Program-made: the position numbers and the translations under genes | The notes under the pieces: model-generated | What the model was told of the DNA's origin: nothing | The model's database searches: none | Seen by the model: the letters and a program-made list of their open reading frames with translations, nothing else | DNA from: a bacterium | Lineage (GTDB): Bacteria; Zhuqueibacterota; Zhuqueibacteria; Residuimicrobiales; Krinioviventaceae | Direction of reading: 5' to 3' | Assembly: GCA_963675755.2 (NCBI GenBank) | Contig: CAXXMD010000003.1 | Coordinates: 192,001 to 256,000 of the forward strand | Length of the DNA stretch: 64,000 bases | Shown here: positions 57,235 through 64,000 of the stretch, in pieces | Position numbering within the stretch: the first letter of the stretch is position 1 | Layout of the letters: the number at the start of each line of letters is the position of its first letter

Positions 57235-58254
57235 TTATTTCATATAGATGCTCCAGGAGATTCTGTGTACAGAGCCAAAAAACTCGCCAAAGTCACCATA
57301 GGAGTAATCAAATTTTACACCATAGTTACCCAAGGGTTTGTTGACACCAACACCAAAGGTCAATCCTTCTTCATCATAATTGAATTTGTAACCACCGCGC
57401 AGGAACAGCATATTACTCATACCATATTCAGCACCAAGGTGAATACGTTCAGAGTAATCTCTGGGGTGAATTGCATCTACTGCAACTGTCAGTTTATGCA
57501 TATCACTGTCTGCAAACAAGGTCATTACATCCATTGCCATACCAATATTGAACATCAAAGGCAATTCAAAACGTTCAAACACATAACGACCCTGGCGGGA
57601 AAAGTTGCGGATTGACATAGCAACGCGCAAATCTTTCCAACCTGTGTAATACAGGGTACCAAAATCAAATGCATTTACAGTTTGTTCATTTTGTACAACG
57701 GTTTCACCATAGACTTCATGCAAGATCAAGCTTTCATACAAGTCCTGTTTAACCATTTTTATCTGGGCACCGATTGAAAATTGGTTGCTGATACGACGAC
57801 CATAAGATAATCCTACAGCATATTCGCCAACTTCAAAGTCACCAAGGTCTTCATAACCTTGGTTTCTCAGTATAGGATCAGAACCATCATACGGACGTGT
57901 TTCTGTCATTGTACCATAGTCCATATAGATCAAGCTAACACCAAAAGTACCCCAGTTTTTAAAACCGTAAGCAACACCACCGGCATAATGTTTAATGTCG
58001 GCAATCCAATTGGTTTGGTTCATTGCAACTTCAAAGCCATCAACAAAAGCGAGACCAGCCAGATTCGAAAACATGGATGTGGCATCATCAGTAACGGCTG
58101 CACTGGCACTACCCATTGCAGAAGCACGACCACCTACATCAATTTTTAAGAACGGCATACCCGTTTGACCTAATTTATCAATAGCTTGTGACGCAGGACT
58201 AAGTCCCAATATTAATAGCGCCGTCACCAGCAAATAAAAAACAGTTTTTTTCAT
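57235..58254 (-). CDS. PorV/PorQ-family outer-membrane beta-barrel protein
   Basis: Signal peptide; FLKIDVGGRASAMGSA, SMFSNLAGLA, WIADI, HLGAEY, FLRGGYKFNYD, FDYSY, VHRIS. Confidence 0.87.
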   Translation of the reverse strand: MKKTVFYLLVTALLILGLSPASQAIDKLGQTGMPFLKIDVGGRASAMGSASAAVTDDATSMFSNLAGLAFVDGFEVAMNQTNWIADIKHYAGGVAYGFKNWGTFGVSLIYMDYGTMTETRPYDGSDPILRNQGYEDLGDFEVGEYAVGLSYGRRISNQFSIGAQIKMVKQDLYESLILHEVYGETVVQNEQTVNAFDFGTLYYTGWKDLRVAMSIRNFSRQGRYVFERFELPLMFNIGMAMDVMTLFADSDMHKLTVAVDAIHPRDYSERIHLGAEYGMSNMLFLRGGYKFNYDEEGLTFGVGVNKPLGNYGVKFDYSYGDFGEFFGSVHRISWSIYMK

Positions 58255-58290
58255 TTCATTTCCTCCTTATTCATGCCTTTTACCCAAAGG

Positions 58291-60348
58291 TTATTTAACC
58301 ACTACAAATTTTCCAATTGCAGTTTCACCCGTTGGGCTGCCTTGAGGACCATCTAATTCTTCAACAACAAACAGATAGATACCGCTCACAATTCTCATTG
58401 AAGAGAAAGTGTCCTGACGGGTCCATTCTTCGTCACCTGTTCCTTCGTTATGATACAGAGTCTGTACCAGGTCACCTGTCATTGTGTAGATGTGGATATT
58501 ACAATAAGCAGGTGTATTGAGGAATTTAATTTGATCTTCTTCATATTTGTAGCGGGAAAGGGCATTAAAAGGATTCGGTACAACAACTACATTGTCTTTC
58601 CAGTTTGCATCCGGTGAACGTGTCGGTGCAACAGCTTCATCAACTCGATTATCTCCGGATTTCAACTGACCGGAACGGTTCAGCAGCATACTGCTTTCGG
58701 TTCCATCAGTGGTATACGCGGTTACATAATACCAATAGTTTTGTCCGCGGATTACATCCGTATCAACATAACTATGAGTTGACGCATTAACATCTGCAAG
58801 CAGTACAAATGTTGTATCAGTTGGTATAGCCAATTCCGCTGGGCGGTAATAGTTACGATAGATCTTGTATCCGGCAAGACCCGGGAACCCATCAGCTTCT
58901 GTGCCCCAATCAATTTCAATTTGATCAGGAACTGAAGTTAATGTTAATGAAGGAGATGGTGGTGTAGCAGGAACCATCAACTCACCAGTACCCCTGAATA
59001 CGTCGCTGTTTTCCCAGATTCTTTTCAACATTCCGGCCTTTTTAAAAACAGAATCTTTACCGGTATCAATGATCATGTCTTTTTGTACCTGGCTCAGAAA
59101 ACTTCCTTGAACTCCAAGATCCATTACATCATAAGGCATTTCAACATTAAGCTGACTAGAGTATCCGGCTTTATAAGCACGACCGGCATCAATAGCCAGA
59201 CGGTGGTTAATAGAGCCACCAATGTAAGCAACTACAATACGCACATCTTCACCTGGAGCCATCTGGTAAGGACCAAAATGGAATGAACCGGGTTTTGCCT
59301 GTTCTTCAACAGGATTACTAACATGTGCTACCCAACTGCCGATCAAGCTGCGATACATACCGCTTTCATCAGTCTGCAGACTGGGGTTAGCTGTATTCCA
59401 GGGGCCAGACATGAATTCATAAATCTCGTCATGGGTTGCTTCACTCAATGAAGGAAGTAACTCACGCTGTGACCAACCCGCTTTATGCGGTTGTGCAGGA
59501 TCATCAGTATCATCGGTAGTGCTTTTATCCGCATGAAGTACCTGCATACCCATATATTGTGGTTTTTCAAAGTTACCCCAGATCAGATCAGGGTTGGCTT
59601 TGTCATCTTCAGGAATTTCAGGTTCGTCTGCTTCCCACATGTAGTAGAGACGCAGTGAATCTTGACCACTTGCATAACCAGCGCCATAGTAATCTGACCA
59701 CAAGTTACCGGGATAGTGATCACCTGTCATCATTTCAGTAACGATACTGAAATAAACATCAGTTTTAGCTTCGTTAGATGCGTTTTCAAAAACCCATTCA
59801 TAAACAACAAAGTCATCATATTCTTGATTGGCACACGCGTAAACCCAACGTTCTACATCAATACCGGTCCAGGTATTCCACTTGCCATAGACCATACCGT
59901 CTGCAGGAATTGATTCGTCAACAGGGTCGGTTTTGTACTGTGCATCAGTCCAGTCACGGCCATCAATCATTCTGATAGGTGGCGCATATTTAAAAACACG
60001 TTTAAAAGCACCGCTTACGGGCACAATTACGTTTTCAATTTCAGTAAATTTGCTTTGTATACCCTGGGCAATTTTATGTTCCCAAGGTACACCATTACCA
60101 TCTGTCCAACTCATTTTAACGCCAACATTGATACCGTTAACAGATGATACTTCTCTGGCATCACTATCAAGATTATTATTCCAGGTTTGGGGGTATTGCA
60201 TTGACATTGCACTGATCGTCTCCCCCGGTGTCACCTGGATATCACCGAATCTCAACTGTCTGGTAGACGACTGACCCAATAGTGTTGAATTTATGAGCAA
60301 CAGCAGAACAAGAACAAATAATCCGCCGTACTTGAAAAGTTTTTTCAT
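58291..60348 (-). CDS. Secreted protein with Fn3-like module and a variant T9SS-type CTD
   Basis: Signal peptide; PPSPSL...GYKIYR...YVDTDV..GQNYWYYVTAY; VVVVPNPF...IKFLN.P...IHIYTMTGDLVQTL...SGIYLFVVE...GKFVVVK. Confidence 0.8.
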   Translation of the reverse strand: MKKLFKYGGLFVLVLLLLINSTLLGQSSTRQLRFGDIQVTPGETISAMSMQYPQTWNNNLDSDAREVSSVNGINVGVKMSWTDGNGVPWEHKIAQGIQSKFTEIENVIVPVSGAFKRVFKYAPPIRMIDGRDWTDAQYKTDPVDESIPADGMVYGKWNTWTGIDVERWVYACANQEYDDFVVYEWVFENASNEAKTDVYFSIVTEMMTGDHYPGNLWSDYYGAGYASGQDSLRLYYMWEADEPEIPEDDKANPDLIWGNFEKPQYMGMQVLHADKSTTDDTDDPAQPHKAGWSQRELLPSLSEATHDEIYEFMSGPWNTANPSLQTDESGMYRSLIGSWVAHVSNPVEEQAKPGSFHFGPYQMAPGEDVRIVVAYIGGSINHRLAIDAGRAYKAGYSSQLNVEMPYDVMDLGVQGSFLSQVQKDMIIDTGKDSVFKKAGMLKRIWENSDVFRGTGELMVPATPPSPSLTLTSVPDQIEIDWGTEADGFPGLAGYKIYRNYYRPAELAIPTDTTFVLLADVNASTHSYVDTDVIRGQNYWYYVTAYTTDGTESSMLLNRSGQLKSGDNRVDEAVAPTRSPDANWKDNVVVVPNPFNALSRYKYEEDQIKFLNTPAYCNIHIYTMTGDLVQTLYHNEGTGDEEWTRQDTFSSMRIVSGIYLFVVEELDGPQGSPTGETAIGKFVVVK

Positions 60349-60412
60349 ATTTATTTCCTCCTAAACAGAGTCCACAAGTTTGATTCCGTTGAAATAACTT
60401 GTATTAATGATA

Positions 60413-63400
60413 TCAATAGAAATTAATTTTGATACCGAAAAAGATATCACGTTTTTCCAGGAATGTCCATGGAGTAAACGACGGCATTACGATATAATCT
60501 TTACCGTTGCTGTCTGTTGGGTAATCTCCGGGACGATCTCCACCTTCAATGTCCAATGAATTCATATATGCTCTGAATTCACCGTTCCACCATTTGTGAT
60601 CGTTCCATGCCCAGTTTCCATTAACACCTGTGAGAACTCTGTTATCACCATAAGAATAATCATCTGGATAAGTCATATTCTTGTTATTAAATACGTTAAA
60701 AACGTCTACGTAAAATACGGTTTCCATGCCCCATTTATGGAACAGACGTTTGGTGAAACGCATATCTGTTCTTTGGTAGGGACGCCAGCGGATATTATCT
60801 TCTACGTATGGAATACCTTTGGGATTCCAGGTGAATACTTCACCTGCACGCCAATAGTACAAGAAATTCAGGTTCATGTCAGCAAAAACCGGGTAACCTG
60901 CAAGTCTGTAACCAAAATCTGCTGGTGTATGAAAATCTACATTAACTTTCCAAACCGGACGAGCAACCGGTTGGGTAATATCTGTGTTCCACAATGTGTT
61001 ACCACTGTTGGGATCTTCACGGTAATACTGAGTACCGTAACGACCGCGACTTGAGATCATGTATTCATAACTGGTAAAACCAGTTACAAATGTACCACGA
61101 CGCAGCTCGGCCATCAATTCAACACCGCGAATATCGCGATACTGGTTGTTTTCCGGGAAACGTACATCCGAACCTTCCATAGGATAGTAACGGATTTCGT
61201 TATATTCATCAGACACATCTTTGTAATAACCGGTAGCGGTCAACTGGAACATGTCCATTAAATTATGAGCATAACCCACTTCGTACATGATGGTTTTGGG
61301 AGGTACTAAACTGGGGTTACCCAGATTTGAAATTCTCCAGCCATCTGTTGTACGTTGGCGATAATAGTACAAATCATACGCACTGGGCCATTTGTAAAAG
61401 TGGCCATAGTTGAAAAAGATTTTTGCGTCGTTTGAAATAGGATGAGAAATACCAACACGCGGGCTAATACGCGCCTGAGTAATGCCTTCCCAATTCAACA
61501 TATCCAGACTGTCAGACTTGCCTGCCTGCAGAAATCTGGAATAGGGAGATGCATCAGGATCATCTACATCTGTATTATTGATCATATCACCGCGTTTTTG
61601 AACGTCTAAACGCAAACCCAGGTTAGCAATCATACCCTGGAATTCAAGTTTATCTTGAACAAACAAAGCGCCTGACCATGGTTTTGCTTTGGCAAAGTAC
61701 CAGCTACCACCATTTACGGAGGGATCGATTTCGCCATATTCACCATGAATTTTATCATGCTGCAATTCAATACCGGCTTTGATCTGGTTAAAACGGTTAA
61801 CCTGACTGGTAATAGCAGCTTTTAATACATATTTACGGAAAATAGAATTGTTTTCACGCAAGTTACAAGATTCCATACGGTATTCACCGGTTACATCACG
61901 CCAGTTCACAGGACCATAGCCCCATGGACCTTCATCATACCAGTATTTACCAATCTTGACACGTGCGTAATTCTGCCAGTTTTCCCAATCATAATCACCA
62001 TTGTCAATATGTTCCTGGATTTCATCAGCAGTACCTAAACGGCCATACTGTAAATGGGTTGCACCCCATTCATTACCCTGGATTTTAACTGTGTTACGAT
62101 GATACATATCGTGACCTTCTTCAGTCAGCAAGTGGCTGAATGTAACTTCATAAAATGTTGAAGGAGACAATACATGGGTGAACTGGAAGCCCATTGAAAC
62201 ACGTTCCTGAACAGCGGTAACGTTACAGTAGGGATACCACATTTTGTTAGCGCTAGACATACTATTGGGAACATCGCTTTCAAAACCAGAGCTGTTGCTT
62301 GAGAAGGGGTTATTGGTAATTTCAATACCAATACCACCACCCTGGCCACCACTGGTACCTGATTGCTTACCATATAAAAAGTTGAGATTCAACTTCATGG
62401 ATTCACTCAGGTTTGTGGTCAGCTTGAGGTTAGTTAAGCGATCACGATAATAGTCTTGTGGATAAGTACGTGCGTAATAGGTTTTTTCTTCTCTATGTGA
62501 AACAAAGAATTTCATGTCATTATAGAATGGAATAGGTCCGCCAAATGTAAAGGAACCGACAAAATCACCTTCATCACCATATTCGTATACGTCATCTTCA
62601 TCGGGATCAATACCGGTAACATCGGCATTTACTTTACCTTGTTCTGCAAGGCTTAACAACAATTCCAAATTATCTTTAGATCTGTGGCGCCACAAGTACA
62701 GTGCCAAATTTTCATAAGGTTCACCATAGTGAGGATCACCAGGCTGCAGGGTACCATTGGTTCCCAAAACCCATTTGGAAGAGTCCCACCAGTTAGACAG
62801 TTCACTACCGTTTGCGTCAACGGGAATACCATTTGCGCTCACTTCAACACCTGAATATTTGAACCAACCGGGGAAAAACTGACTTGCTGTACCAACTTCA
62901 CCCATACCACCTTCACGGTAATATCCGGTCCACGCACCGTCTTTGGCATAAAGAAAAGGGCGAACCAGGGGAGAATCTTTACCATAGATCATGGGGCCAA
63001 AATGTTTTACGGCAGCTGGGCTGTATTTAAAATCAATACTTCCGGTATAACGATCGCCACCTTCTTTGGTAACAACATTGATCAAGCCTGAACGAACATT
63101 ACCATATTCAGCATTGAAACCACCGGTGATAACCTGAATTTCCTGCACTGCGTCCATGTTAATTTTCATGTATGGACGGTTACGGATTTCATCTGTCATT
63201 GCCATACCATCGGTGATCATTGCACCATTGGTATAATCCTGACCGCGGAAACGCGGGTGAGATGCGTTAGCACCAAAACCGGAAATACCAACCTGCGCAT
63301 GCATAACATTTGCAAGGTCTTTGTATGCAGCATTTTCAAGTTGTTCGGGGGAAATAATTTGTTGGGTGCTGGAAACATCGAGGGGAACAATTGCGCGTTC

Positions 63401-63766
63401 GGCAACTACTGTAACTTCCTGAGAAGCTTCCAGAACTTTTTCTTCGAGTTTAAAATCTGCGACCGTTGTGCGGTCAACGTTTACACCTACTCCTGTAAGT
63501 TTAAGAGGTGTGTAACCGATCATTGTAGCGGTTAATGCATATTGTCCGGGACGAACATTGATGATAAAATAATAACCATCAAGATCTGTTGCAGCACCCA
63601 TCTGGGTACCTTCAATCACAACATTAACGCCAGGGAGTGGCTCCCCTGTTTTTGCGTCTGTTACTCTACCTGATATTTTACCGGTTGTTGCCGAAAAACC
63701 CGTACCGGCAATTAACAGGCCTAGTATAAATACACAGGCGAGTTTAAATATTACACTTCTCTGCAT
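60413..63766 (-). CDS. TonB-dependent outer-membrane receptor with N-terminal carboxypeptidase-regulatory-like domain
   Basis: GKISGRVTDAKTGEPLPGVNV, TDLDGYYFI, plug motif TGGFNAEYGNVRSGLINVVTKEG, SPRVGISHPI, YEVGY, aromatic C-terminus; AAGGAGG RBS. Confidence 0.93.
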   Translation of the reverse strand: MQRSVIFKLACVFILGLLIAGTGFSATTGKISGRVTDAKTGEPLPGVNVVIEGTQMGAATDLDGYYFIINVRPGQYALTATMIGYTPLKLTGVGVNVDRTTVADFKLEEKVLEASQEVTVVAERAIVPLDVSSTQQIISPEQLENAAYKDLANVMHAQVGISGFGANASHPRFRGQDYTNGAMITDGMAMTDEIRNRPYMKINMDAVQEIQVITGGFNAEYGNVRSGLINVVTKEGGDRYTGSIDFKYSPAAVKHFGPMIYGKDSPLVRPFLYAKDGAWTGYYREGGMGEVGTASQFFPGWFKYSGVEVSANGIPVDANGSELSNWWDSSKWVLGTNGTLQPGDPHYGEPYENLALYLWRHRSKDNLELLLSLAEQGKVNADVTGIDPDEDDVYEYGDEGDFVGSFTFGGPIPFYNDMKFFVSHREEKTYYARTYPQDYYRDRLTNLKLTTNLSESMKLNLNFLYGKQSGTSGGQGGGIGIEITNNPFSSNSSGFESDVPNSMSSANKMWYPYCNVTAVQERVSMGFQFTHVLSPSTFYEVTFSHLLTEEGHDMYHRNTVKIQGNEWGATHLQYGRLGTADEIQEHIDNGDYDWENWQNYARVKIGKYWYDEGPWGYGPVNWRDVTGEYRMESCNLRENNSIFRKYVLKAAITSQVNRFNQIKAGIELQHDKIHGEYGEIDPSVNGGSWYFAKAKPWSGALFVQDKLEFQGMIANLGLRLDVQKRGDMINNTDVDDPDASPYSRFLQAGKSDSLDMLNWEGITQARISPRVGISHPISNDAKIFFNYGHFYKWPSAYDLYYYRQRTTDGWRISNLGNPSLVPPKTIMYEVGYAHNLMDMFQLTATGYYKDVSDEYNEIRYYPMEGSDVRFPENNQYRDIRGVELMAELRRGTFVTGFTSYEYMISSRGRYGTQYYREDPNSGNTLWNTDITQPVARPVWKVNVDFHTPADFGYRLAGYPVFADMNLNFLYYWRAGEVFTWNPKGIPYVEDNIRWRPYQRTDMRFTKRLFHKWGMETVFYVDVFNVFNNKNMTYPDDYSYGDNRVLTGVNGNWAWNDHKWWNGEFRAYMNSLDIEGGDRPGDYPTDSNGKDYIVMPSFTPWTFLEKRDIFFGIKINFY

Positions 63767-64000
63767 GGAATAACCTCCTTTACCCTAATTAATAGCAGAA
63801 GGAATTAATAAATCTACCCAATTAATATCACATTTACCAAAAGACTACCCTTCTTTTAGTAAATCACTTTGTACAATTTCTGCCAGCAACACCTCCTTTC
63901 AAGCACTTAAACTGTTAAATGTTAGTATATGAATTCCAATTGATTAATCTCAATTCATTCTTCTATTTTACAATAGTTTACAATTCAAAAATGAGTAAAA

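Noticed and set aside
175-63535. Numerous short antisense or alternate-frame ORFs in the track (e.g. 175..633, 4567..4992, 57046..57615, 60596..61054)
   Set aside because: They overlap well-supported genes and show no family motifs, consistent with shadow ORFs.
1-64000. Genome-wide TGA reassignment as the explanation for the readthrough
   Set aside because: Recognisable genes end correctly at TGA (kinase 5487, pntA part 2 44639, cytochrome fusion 53865, TonB receptor 60413) and no other gene seen is TGA-interrupted.

Overview
A gene-dense, AT-rich bacterial chromosome segment using the standard code (several clear genes end in TGA). Multiple secreted proteins with 'NYPNPFN...WxG...SGxYFY' C-terminal sorting domains, a PorV-family gene and a non-SusC TonB receptor suggest an FCB-related diderm such as KSB1 or Calditrichota (inference). 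From left to right the window holds: nadA, an RsmB/F methyltransferase and an IscA/ErpA carrier; a soluble PAS kinase with an NtrC-type regulator driving a sigma54 promoter; a tightly coupled minus-strand operon (GH5-like, cellobiose 2-epimerase-like, sulfatase, HDOD, hybrid kinase, GH92, lipoprotein) in which four members lack canonical catalytic residues; three secreted CTD proteins, two of them ~2,270-aa FG-GAP/Big_1 paralogs; a prenyl-phosphate phosphoribosyltransferase and SDR; TPR and other lipoproteins; a GTDC1-like glycosyltransferase; pntA1-pntA2-pntB; hsp20; an 8-gene sulfur cluster; and a TonB receptor, CTD protein, PorV triad. No rRNA, tRNA, CRISPR array or mobile element was seen. 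The strongest leads are (1) a secreted CTD protein with an in-frame TGA directly after a Cys codon and a hairpin 11 nt downstream (candidate Cys-Sec selenoprotein, missed by the ORF track), (2) an octaheme tetrathionate reductase next to a 7-heme paralog that lacks the catalytic heme and is fused to cytochrome b, and (3) the pseudoenzyme-rich mannoside and signalling operon. All family assignments come from motif recognition by eye, not database searches.
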